In this document: positions 18,370 through 26,298 of the stretch, in pieces
How the letters are laid out: each line of letters begins with the position of its first letter
How positions within the stretch are numbered: position 1 is the first letter of the stretch
IMG/VR virus record: IMGVR_UViG_3300027810_000002
Coordinates: 96,001-160,000 of that record
DNA from: a virus
Reading direction: 5' to 3' (one strand)
DNA: 64,000 bases
Notes under the pieces: model-generated
Seen by the model: the letters and a program-made list of their open reading frames with translations, nothing else
The model's database searches: none
What the model was told of the DNA's origin: nothing
Program-made: the position numbers and the translations under genes

Positions 18370-18684
18370 TTATAAAGTTTTTTTGTTTTTATTTTCTTCT
18401 TTAGTATTACTTTGTTTATTTAAACTAGTATTACTAAGGGTAAGTCCCCACTGTAGAATAAACCATTGAGCTTCTTTGATCGCCATAAATTTATTTATTT
18501 TTAAAACTTCTCTAATCCTATTAACACAGTGTTCGATAAAGGCGTCTTCTTCCACCTTGGTTGTCTTGTATTCCATGTACCATTGTGGATTATTTTTAAC
18601 ATCCTCATACGTTACATTGTGTGGTTTTAACTGCTCGTTAATTAATTCAACGAAAAGCTCTTTTGTTTTTTCTCGCTTTGTCAT
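18370..18684 (-). CDS. Hypothetical protein
   Basis: 104-aa ORF with A-rich start context. Confidence 0.7.
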   Translation of the reverse strand: MTKREKTKELFVELINEQLKPHNVTYEDVKNNPQWYMEYKTTKVEEDAFIEHCVNRIREVLKINKFMAIKEAQWFILQWGLTLSNTSLNKQSNTKEENKNKKTL

Positions 18685-18709
18685 ATTACTTTATTATTTT
18701 ATTAATATA

Positions 18710-18904
18710 TTATAATGATATAAGAGTAGCAAAAGCATCTCTATCACTGAGTCCTATAAAGTCATCAATTAATAGAGATACCATTACTGCATCGTTCATC
18801 GGATTGAAAGAAACTTCTACAGGTTCTATTAGATTATTATAATCCTTTAATATCGTATTAAGATACTCTAATTTTTCTTGTTTAACGTAAAAATATACTT
18901 TCAT
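18710..18904 (-). CDS. Hypothetical protein
   Basis: 64-aa ORF directly downstream of clpP. Confidence 0.6.
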   Translation of the reverse strand: MKVYFYVKQEKLEYLNTILKDYNNLIEPVEVSFNPMNDAVMVSLLIDDFIGLSDRDAFATLISL

Positions 18905-18921
18905 AATCCTATACTATTATA

Positions 18922-19590
18922 TTATCTTTTTTTAATAATCTCATCAATGATCCCGTACTTCTTAGCTTCAGCAGCACTCAACCAGAAATCTCTAGTAGCG
19001 TCTTTCATTACTACCTCAGGCTTTTTACCACAGTATTCTCCTAATAAAACAAACAACTCTTTGTTTACATCTTGCCAGTTTTTCCAATCAATCTCAGCAT
19101 CCTGTATATTTCCACTGAAACCCCCAGAAGACTGGTGTAACATTGTTGTGGAGTGCTTTAGTGACATTCTCTTACCTTTAGTTCCTGCTCCTAATAATAC
19201 TGAACCCATTGATGCGGCCATCCCTGTGTTGATCGTACGTATATCACACTTAATGTAATCCATAACATCTACCATAGAAAGTCCTGATTTAACAGAACCT
19301 CCTGGCGAATCAATATGCATTGTGATATCTCCCTCTGAAGTCGTATCTAAAAACATTAATTGAGCTTGTACTATTGTAGACATATTGTCATTAACTGGAC
19401 CAGCGACCCATAGTAATCTATCCATCATCAATCTTGAAAAGATATCCATCTGAGTTGCTCTCAATTCTCTTTCCTCTAAAATATAAGGAGTCATCGAGTT
19501 TTCAATCTGCTTTTCATAATAGTTCATGTTAGAAGAACTAACGTTGTGATCGCTTATCGCGTACTTTTTAAACTCGTTACTGTAATTCAT
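18922..19590 (-). CDS. clpP: ATP-dependent Clp protease proteolytic subunit
   Basis: MDIFSRLMMDR, DSPGGSV, GMAASMGS (Ser), MLHQ (His), RDFWL (Asp). Confidence 0.95.
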   Translation of the reverse strand: MNYSNEFKKYAISDHNVSSSNMNYYEKQIENSMTPYILEERELRATQMDIFSRLMMDRLLWVAGPVNDNMSTIVQAQLMFLDTTSEGDITMHIDSPGGSVKSGLSMVDVMDYIKCDIRTINTGMAASMGSVLLGAGTKGKRMSLKHSTTMLHQSSGGFSGNIQDAEIDWKNWQDVNKELFVLLGEYCGKKPEVVMKDATRDFWLSAAEAKKYGIIDEIIKKR

Positions 19591-19888
19591 ATTCTTTAAT
19601 TAAGTTTGTTATTTTTTCACAGGCTTCATACTCTTCCTGTTCTTTATAGTATTGTAATGACATTAACAATGATTTCGCGTACCCTTCTTTTTCTAACTTA
19701 GCTTCCATAGTGGTTCCGTCAGTATCTACAAAATAGCATAAAATATTTATTTCATAATTACTTTTTATATTAAAATCTATAAACTCTATCATTCTTTTAT
19801 AGAACGCGTCAGTATCTATTACTGGCCCGTGCTTAGATTCTAAGAAACCATTATCGTGTATATCAAAGTATGGTATTTCTCCTATCAT
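19577..19888 (-). CDS. Small protein with C-terminal UVR-like motif
   Basis: YYKEQEEYEACEKITNL resembles the UVR helix hairpin; overlaps the clpP start. Confidence 0.6.
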   Translation of the reverse strand: MIGEIPYFDIHDNGFLESKHGPVIDTDAFYKRMIEFIDFNIKSNYEINILCYFVDTDGTTMEAKLEKEGYAKSLLMSLQYYKEQEEYEACEKITNLIKEYELQ

Positions 19889-19892
19889 AATA

Positions 19893-20747
19893 TTATGTTA
19901 ATCTAATATTAAGATATTCTCTTAATATATTATTATATGTTATTTGTTTACTTTTATTTCCAACAGCTTCATTAATATCTTTCATGAAATTAATACCATA
20001 TTCTGTTAATAACATATTATCTTTCGTAAGATTGAATAAAGGATTTTCAATATTCATTGTGTAATTACTACCTTGCTTTTCGCTTTCTGATACAATTTTA
20101 GAAGACATATCAAAATGTCTTTCGTAAAAATGAATATTATCTGCACAGTGGTAGTATGTTCCTAGTTCTAATTCTGGGTAAGTTTCTAATAACCACAATC
20201 TCATATGTTGGTGTATGAAACTAAAGTAAGGTGCATCGAATGTAAGGCCATAGAATATATCATTAGATCTCATTTGAACTTTCATATTCAATTTATTGTC
20301 TCTAATAAAAAAGTTGAGATACATTGTACATACAAAATCTTTATTACCTTCAAATTGAAATTTAGGTTGGTTTAAGAATGATATTGCTTGTCTTGTATTC
20401 TTGTCTGACTTTAAAGAATCTAATGCCCATTGTAATTGGCCACCTAATAATAGGTAACCGTAATTAGAATTGATCTCATTAGAATTTGGATTAGTTAAAG
20501 TAGACCACATTCCTGAAAATTGACCAATGTAATCTACATCACGATCTCTATTAAGATACCAGCACAACTCTCCACCGAAATATTTCCAATTAAAAGATCT
20601 GCTATCAAAATGCGCAATCGTTTGTGTAGGATCAAACTCTAGGGTTTGAACAGTAAGTTCCTTAACCTTCATATCTCGAGGTTGAGAAACACTACCGTCA
20701 TGTTCTATATCTAAAATTAAATCTTTGAATTTATCGTTAAATGTCAT
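19893..20747 (-). CDS. Thymidylate-synthase-fold dCMP (hydroxy)methylase-like enzyme
   Basis: INSNYG, TRQA, catalytic FVCT, MRSNDIFYGLTFD with Asp at the base-specificity position, NIHFYERHF. Confidence 0.8.
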   Translation of the reverse strand: MTFNDKFKDLILDIEHDGSVSQPRDMKVKELTVQTLEFDPTQTIAHFDSRSFNWKYFGGELCWYLNRDRDVDYIGQFSGMWSTLTNPNSNEINSNYGYLLLGGQLQWALDSLKSDKNTRQAISFLNQPKFQFEGNKDFVCTMYLNFFIRDNKLNMKVQMRSNDIFYGLTFDAPYFSFIHQHMRLWLLETYPELELGTYYHCADNIHFYERHFDMSSKIVSESEKQGSNYTMNIENPLFNLTKDNMLLTEYGINFMKDINEAVGNKSKQITYNNILREYLNIRLT

Positions 20748-20776
20748 ATATTATATTATTAAAGTAACTTACTAAT

Positions 20777-20803
20777 ATTATACTACTATTTTAAAGAAAG
20801 TTT
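20777..20803 (-). promoter_or_regulatory. AAAC-N17-TATAAT promoter (putative middle class)
   Basis: taaac-tttctttaaaatagtag-tataat upstream of the dCMP-type enzyme. Confidence 0.7.
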
Positions 20804-22762
20804 ATCTTCTCCTTTTTTATGCGATATTGAATAAACCTTAGTTCCCATTACCATTTTCTTATCTATGATAGCGTCTGCTAAAATATCTTCTACATAATTT
20901 TGAACTGCTCTTTTTAGAGGACGTGCTCCATATAGTGGATCATATCCTTGTTCTGCTAAGAATGCTTTTGCAGGTTTATTGATTTTAATGGAATATCCTT
21001 GTTTTTCTAATCTAGTGATAACTTTATTTAATTCAATATCTACAATCTCCATCATATTATCTTTGCTTAAAGAATTAAATAAGATCATGTCATCTAATCT
21101 ATTTAAGAATTCAGGTGCAAACTTATTTTTAAGTTCTTTTCTGATAATAGATTCTACATGAGATTTCTGAGTAGCCATTGAACTATGACTTTCAAATCCT
21201 ATTCCTGCTCCGAAGTCTGAAACTTTCTTAGCACCTACGTTTGATGTCATTATAATAATAGTATTAGTGAAATCTACGGTTCTTCCTAGAGAATCTGTTA
21301 ATCTACCCTCGTCTAATACTTGCAATAGTGTATTGAATGTATCTGGATGTGCTTTTTCAACCTCATCAAATAATACAACCGAATAAGGTTTACGTCTTAC
21401 TTGTTCTGTTAATTGTCCACCACTCTCATGTCCAACATATCCAGGAGGAGATCCGATTAATTTAGAAACATTAAACTTTTCTTGATATTCTGACATATCA
21501 ATTCTAATAATAGAATCTTCATCGCCAAAATAATAGTTTGCTAAAGCTTTAACTGTTTCTGTTTTACCAACTCCAGTAGGACCAATAAACATAAAAGAAC
21601 CGATTGGTTTTTTAGATGAACTAACACCGGCTCTAGATCTTTTAATTACTTTACATAATCCAGTAACTGCAGTATCTTGTCCGATTATCATTGACTTAAG
21701 TTTAGCTTCCATGTCTGTAATTACTTTACTTTCGTCGTCTGTCATTCTAGAAATTGGAATTCCAGTTGCATCTGAAATTGTTTCAGCGATATCATCATAT
21801 GTTACAGGGCGTCTGTTAATTCTTAAATCACTTTGCCAATCCGCAATAGTTTTATCAATAAGATCTCTTTGTTTTATTTCAGCGTCTCTGTATTTTGCTG
21901 CTTTTTCATAATCTTGTTCTTCGACTGCAGATAGTTTTTGAGACTTTACTACTTCAATATTTTTCTCAGCCTCTTTAATATTTTCTGGCATTTTAACCTG
22001 AGATAGGTGTACTTTTGCGCCAGCTTCATCCATTAAATCGATTGCTTTGTCTGGTAATTCTCTAGAAGTAACATATCTATCAGAAAGTTCAACACATGCT
22101 TTCAGTGCTTCATCTGTATATTCTACTGCGTGATATTCTTCGTAGTTATCTTTAATTCTATTTAAGATCTCGATAGAATCTTCAATTGAAGGTGGATCAA
22201 TAAAAACTTCTTGGAATCTTCTAGTAAGTGCTCCATCAGTTTCTATATTTTCTCTGTATTCATCGAGGGTTGTTGCGCCAATACACTGTACCTGTCCTCT
22301 TGCAAGAGCTGGTTTTAAAATATTACTAGCATCTAAAGAACCGCTAACTCCACCAGCTCCTACCATTGTGTGAATCTCATCAACAAAGATTATAATATCC
22401 GGATTAGCCTTTAGCTCATCAACAATCTTTTTCATTCTCTCTTCAAATTCTCCACGGTATTTAGTACCTGCCACAATCGTCGACATATTTAAAGAGATTA
22501 CTCTTTTACCTGTAAGCGTCATTGCTACTTTTTTATCAACAATTCTTTGTGCTATAGCCTCGACCAGCGCCGTTTTACCTACACCAGGATCTCCTAATAT
22601 AATTGGGTTGTTCTTCTTTCTTCTAGAAAGGATTTGACAAATTCTATAAACCTCTTTGTCTCTTCCAATAATAGGATCTAATTTACCCTCAGCTGCTTGA
22701 GCTGTTAAGTCTTCTCCAAATTGATCTATTAACGGTGTTTTTGCTTGTTTCTTATTTGCCAT
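20786..22762 (-). CDS. clpC: ClpC-like Hsp100 ATPase lacking the N-terminal domain
   Basis: Two AAA+ modules (GDPGVGKT, GPTGVGKT), UVR middle domain (EQDYEKAAKYRD), ClpP-docking IGF loop (GIGF); protein begins at the D1 linker. Confidence 0.9.
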   Translation of the reverse strand: MANKKQAKTPLIDQFGEDLTAQAAEGKLDPIIGRDKEVYRICQILSRRKKNNPIILGDPGVGKTALVEAIAQRIVDKKVAMTLTGKRVISLNMSTIVAGTKYRGEFEERMKKIVDELKANPDIIIFVDEIHTMVGAGGVSGSLDASNILKPALARGQVQCIGATTLDEYRENIETDGALTRRFQEVFIDPPSIEDSIEILNRIKDNYEEYHAVEYTDEALKACVELSDRYVTSRELPDKAIDLMDEAGAKVHLSQVKMPENIKEAEKNIEVVKSQKLSAVEEQDYEKAAKYRDAEIKQRDLIDKTIADWQSDLRINRRPVTYDDIAETISDATGIPISRMTDDESKVITDMEAKLKSMIIGQDTAVTGLCKVIKRSRAGVSSSKKPIGSFMFIGPTGVGKTETVKALANYYFGDEDSIIRIDMSEYQEKFNVSKLIGSPPGYVGHESGGQLTEQVRRKPYSVVLFDEVEKAHPDTFNTLLQVLDEGRLTDSLGRTVDFTNTIIIMTSNVGAKKVSDFGAGIGFESHSSMATQKSHVESIIRKELKNKFAPEFLNRLDDMILFNSLSKDNMMEIVDIELNKVITRLEKQGYSIKINKPAKAFLAEQGYDPLYGARPLKRAVQNYVEDILADAIIDKKMVMGTKVYSISHKKGEDKLSLK

Positions 22763-22785
22763 GTTCTTAATTAGTATTTATAGTT

Positions 22786-22812
22786 ATTATAACGAATAAA
22801 CTGGATTTGTTT
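22786..22812 (-). promoter_or_regulatory. AAAC-N17-TATAAT promoter
   Basis: taaac-aaatccagtttattcgt-tataat upstream of clpC. Confidence 0.7.
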
Positions 22813-22823
22813 ATTTATTAGTG

Positions 22824-22857
22824 AAAAAAAAAGAGCCAGTGGTTAACTAGCTCTTTT
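22824..22857. terminator. Bidirectional intrinsic terminator
   Basis: A-tract, AAAAGAGC(C)AGT/ACTAGCTCTTTT stem, T-tract. Confidence 0.7.
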
Positions 22858-22940
22858 ATAAAAATCTATGTGGTTAAATGAATCTAACGCAGCACTGTTA
22901 AATATCGTTCTGATTTATATATCTATTTTTTACGAGCAAT

Positions 22941-23156
22941 TTAAAAATTTACAGATCTCATAGTACATTGAGAACAAACTACAGCTGAGGTATTTTCAGT
23001 TACTTCTGTCCATTCTTTACATCGAGTCTCACCGTCGTTTGGCGCCCACTGAGGATATCTGCTTTCTTCCAAATCGGAATTCATACAAATCATCGTGATA
23101 GTTTTGTCGGTCTTTTTAGTTTTCCAAACTTTCGTCATCTTTTTCTTCTTGGTCAT
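22941..23156 (-). CDS. Small Cys-containing (possible Zn-ribbon) protein
   Basis: 71 aa with C..C..CSQC; own promoter at 23176-23202. Confidence 0.65.
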   Translation of the reverse strand: MTKKKKMTKVWKTKKTDKTITMICMNSDLEESRYPQWAPNDGETRCKEWTEVTENTSAVVCSQCTMRSVNF

Positions 23157-23175
23157 AATATATTATTATTTGATT

Positions 23176-23202
23176 ATTATACTTAAATATTACCTTTTGT
23201 TT
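23176..23202 (-). promoter_or_regulatory. AAAC-N17-TATAAT promoter
   Basis: gaaac-aaaaggtaatatttaag-tataat. Confidence 0.7.
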
Positions 23203-23801
23203 CTATTTTATTATTCCTTAATTCTCAGAGTTGTTAGAGTTATTCATAGGATTCTTTGGGGGAATTAAAAATTTTTATTTTTGCAGCTTCTCATTTATTC
23301 CACCTCCACCTTCTTTATTATTTACTTAAAGTAGTTTAAACGTTATTCAAAGTCTGGGAAAATAATTTTCAGCAACATTCAAAAACTAAAAAAACCCAAA
23401 AACCCAAATCAATACCAACACTATATCGTAGGTTCCCACTCACAGGTTAGGATCCCTAGAAGAACCCTCAGCCTAGGAGGTACCCTCGGAGAAAATATCA
23501 GGGGGTGTTCCACCCAACCTCTCACGTCACACTTGGGGACCGCAGGGGATGGACCCCACTAGTACACACACCACTCTGAAGAACCCTCTTTAAAAGTTGG
23601 CGCAGAGTACATGTGAGATTTGGGTTTTTCCCTTTTTTCTTCCAAGCCCTCTTATACTTACTAGTCCTTATAGAATACTATAGAATATTTCTTTTATATC
23701 TTATAGGTTCTCTATCCTGATAGAACAAGTAGACGGCGCCAACCTGCCTTTTTCGGGGTGCTTTCTTTTTGGGTTATTTGAGGGGTACTTTAAAAGGGGA
23801 C

Positions 23802-23860
23802 TGTGAGTGCTTGGAACCGATGTGAGTGCTTAGATCCTCTGATTGTAGTGAGTGCTTGGA
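23802..23860. repeat. Three direct repeats of GTGAGTGCTT(G/A)GA
   Basis: Copies at about 23803, 23822 and 23848. Confidence 0.8.
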
Positions 23861-23905
23861 GTTGGCCTCTCCCTCCCTATTCAACCTTCAAGCTTAAAGA
23901 CATAA

Positions 23906-23933
23906 GTTATATTCACAGGTACCAGATTTGTTT
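23906..23933 (-). promoter_or_regulatory. AAAC-N18-TATAAC promoter pointing into the non-coding region
   Basis: gaaac-aaatctggtacctgtgaa-tataac; only an 8-codon ORF follows. Confidence 0.5.
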
Positions 23934-24262
23934 CATAATTTGTAAACTTTTTTTATTAACAGTTCTCGGAGGGTACTAGGAAGAGGGCGCCCCGCCCGAC
24001 GGGGTCTAGGGGGTCACTCCCACCCGGGGGATATTTCGGGGACTGGAGCACTTTCGCGGTTATATTATTGAGTGTAGGGGGATGGGATCCTTAGAGGGTA
24101 CCTCTGAGATCTCAAAGAGTACTCCCCATTGGTTTGGAAGGGTTCTTTTCCCGGGAGACCAGATGGTGCCCATTGAGTAAAGTGTTTTTTGATATATGTT
24201 TATTATTAATAGTAGTCATAGCCCTTGACCCCCCTCCCCTGGAGCCATGGTAAATTCAGGAA

Positions 24263-24712
24263 CTATCTCCTGAACTTGGGTATTTGCGGCTTTGGTACTT
24301 TGGGTGTTGGAGTCCCCCCAAGCTTGGGTACGTTCGGCGTGGGTTGGTTGGCTTTGGGTCTTTGAGCCGTTGGAGAGCCTGGAGCGCCTGGGCTTGCGGG
24401 TTGCCCCTTGCCTGGTTGGCCGTCAGGATTCATGGTACTCTGCATCTTGTCGCTTGCCTTACCCATGGCATAGTTCCACGCTTTGTCTTTAGCCCACTCT
24501 TTTCCACGACTCCACTTGTCCCCTACCCAGTCGCTAAATCCGCGCTCAGGTGCTTCCCCAGCATTGACCTGAGGGGGTGCTACAGGGGTTGCCTTGGGCC
24601 TGTTGATCGAGGGCTTCCCTAGGGAGCTCTTTTGATTAGCCTGAGTGTTAGCCCCCTGGGTGTTACTCTGTACCTGTGAGTTTAATTTAGCTTGTGGGCT
24701 CTGGTTGATCAT
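24263..24712 (-). CDS. Pro/Gln/Lys-rich disordered protein with a central Trp-rich amphipathic helix
   Basis: 149 aa, GC-rich codons; FSDWVGDKWSRGKEWAKDKAWNY. Confidence 0.6.
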   Translation of the reverse strand: MINQSPQAKLNSQVQSNTQGANTQANQKSSLGKPSINRPKATPVAPPQVNAGEAPERGFSDWVGDKWSRGKEWAKDKAWNYAMGKASDKMQSTMNPDGQPGKGQPASPGAPGSPTAQRPKANQPTPNVPKLGGTPTPKVPKPQIPKFRR

Positions 24713-24827
24713 AGGTTAACTGGTCTAGTTGTTGATTTAGTTTAGGTATAGACTTGTCATAGGGGTTGGATAGCTTAAGTGCTATAATACGATTTCTTAA
24801 CTCTACTATCTGGTCTTGCTTGTTCAT
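24687..24827 (-). CDS. Small hypothetical protein (46 aa)
   Basis: MNKQDQIVELRNRIIALKLSNPYDKSIPKLNQQLDQLTYDQPEPTS, translated by hand. Confidence 0.45.
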   Translation of the reverse strand: MNKQDQIVELRNRIIALKLSNPYDKSIPKLNQQLDQLTYDQPEPTS

Positions 24828-24952
24828 ACTCTCTATTTGGTTTTAATTAGGTTCTTTATTCATGCCCCCAGGTGGTTCACTCTGGGAACACTATATAGGG
24901 GTCACCTATTAGTTACTATAGGTTATATATAAGTGACCCACCGGGGTGACCC

Positions 24953-25411
24953 TTATAGGGCCTCTACCTCATCTGGCTGGTTCATAACGAATACTTTACT
25001 TGCCCATGTTTTACTATTAACTGCCTTATACTGATCCATATTATATAAGTTTGTATTGTACCATAATTGGTTTATAGTTCCAACTTCTAAGGTTGCCATT
25101 ATAGCTTCATCCATTACCAAGATCTTATTTCCTTTCTTTGCGAATACTGTAAAGTAATTATCAGATCCGAATGGCTTATACTCTACTGTGTGTAAGGCTC
25201 CTTTCTTATATGAACTTAATACTGTTCCTGGATTCTCATATAATCTTTGATCATCAAAATCTCTTGCGTCGTTACAGTTCATATAACCAGCTCTACATTT
25301 TGTGATAAATCTGAATTTACCTGGAACCTTCTTGTAATGATCATTGTTAATAATGTTTACTGTTTGGATCCCGGTGTGGTTGATGATGTTTTTGTTGTTT
25401 AATTCGTACAT
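24953..25411 (-). CDS. Hypothetical early protein
   Basis: Start moved to ATG 25411 because the promoter core lies at 25442-25449. Confidence 0.75.
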   Translation of the reverse strand: MYELNNKNIINHTGIQTVNIINNDHYKKVPGKFRFITKCRAGYMNCNDARDFDDQRLYENPGTVLSSYKKGALHTVEYKPFGSDNYFTVFAKKGNKILVMDEAIMATLEVGTINQLWYNTNLYNMDQYKAVNSKTWASKVFVMNQPDEVEAL

Positions 25412-25441
25412 TTTTGTGGTGTTTAAGTTATTATTATATAG

Positions 25442-25575
25442 TAAATATAACACTTTTTATTGACACCTGACAACTTTTATGCATTTATTTTCAAAAAAAG
25501 TCCTATTTATAATGATTATAAATTAGAAAGTTTTCACCTCAGATTTTTTTATATCAATTATTATACTTATATTTA
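25442..25575. promoter_or_regulatory. Divergent early promoter pair sharing one palindromic box
   Basis: TATATTTA at 25442-25449 (-) and 25568-25575 (+); ATTTATAAT-G-ATTATAAAT centred at 25514. Confidence 0.8.
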
Positions 25576-25602
25576 CTATATAATAATTAAAACAACAACT
25601 AC

Positions 25603-25956
25603 ATGAATATCAAAATCACCGCAGCCGAAGAAAGAATCATCAAAGACGCACTCGCAGACTATACTAATAACTTAGTTGGTAAGGGAGTTAACTATAATAC
25701 CGTTGTTGGTATCTTAAATAAGATCAACGATGCTGGTATTGTGAAGTCAGCGAGAACACCTAAGGTGCTGGTTAATAAGCAGTATATGTTTACATTCGAG
25801 AACGGCGGATGGAACACAGTGTGGGCTAAAACATTACCTGGTGCTAGACGAGCGGCCTTATTAGAGTATAAGGATAGTGATTTAAATGTTAGTATGGACA
25901 GCGTTCACCTAGCTACTAAGAAAGGATTAGATTCAGCAATGTCCTTATTCTACTAG
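25603..25956 (+). CDS. Hypothetical early protein
   Basis: 117 aa, flanked by near-identical promoter modules. Confidence 0.75.
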   Translation: MNIKITAAEERIIKDALADYTNNLVGKGVNYNTVVGILNKINDAGIVKSARTPKVLVNKQYMFTFENGGWNTVWAKTLPGARRAALLEYKDSDLNVSMDSVHLATKKGLDSAMSLFY

Positions 25957-25965
25957 GGAACCCTT

Positions 25966-26036
25966 ATTTATAATCATTATAAATTAGAAAGTTTTCACCT
26001 CAGATTTTTTTATATCAATTAAAAGGTTTATATTTA
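25966..26036 (+). promoter_or_regulatory. Early promoter module (palindrome plus TATATTTA)
   Basis: ~57 bp identical to 25504-25560 except the palindrome centre. Confidence 0.8.
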
Positions 26037-26065
26037 CTATATAATAATAACAACAACTACTAATT

Positions 26066-26278
26066 ATGACATCATTTAAAAACTTATCAATTTACATCCT
26101 ATTAATCGCGGTCGGTATAGCTCTAGTAGCCTTTATCATACCTGCTCTTATTAAAGGTTTCTTTATTGGTCTATTATGGTTGATGAATAATCCTATTACG
26201 GGGATGATCATCTCATCTGCTTTTTTAGCTGGATGTTTTCTTGGTAGTGTTGAAACAAAATCTAATAAATCAGTATAA
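26066..26278 (+). CDS. Small membrane protein
   Basis: 70 aa, almost entirely hydrophobic. Confidence 0.65.
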   Translation: MTSFKNLSIYILLIAVGIALVAFIIPALIKGFFIGLLWLMNNPITGMIISSAFLAGCFLGSVETKSNKSV

Positions 26279-26298
26279 TAATAAATCAAACAAACATT

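Larger units (their letters stand above)
23390..24260. other. GC-richer non-coding region with inverted arms, AT-rich core and direct repeats (candidate origin, terminus or ncRNA)
   Basis: No ORF in the track; several inverted and direct repeats detailed in findings. Confidence 0.6.

Noticed and set aside
23802-23860. Mini-CRISPR from the three GTGAGTGCTT repeats
   Set aside because: Repeats (10-13 bp) and spacers (under 15 bp) are far too short.
23390-24260. tRNA, tmRNA or rRNA genes in the GC-rich non-coding tracts
   Set aside because: No T-loop (GTTCRA) or cloverleaf pattern recognised by eye; a covariance-model search is still needed.
24284-24622. Plus-strand ORFs 24284..24622 and 24292..24492
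   Set aside because: Antisense to the more plausible minus-strand ORF; non-ATG starts in GC-rich DNA.
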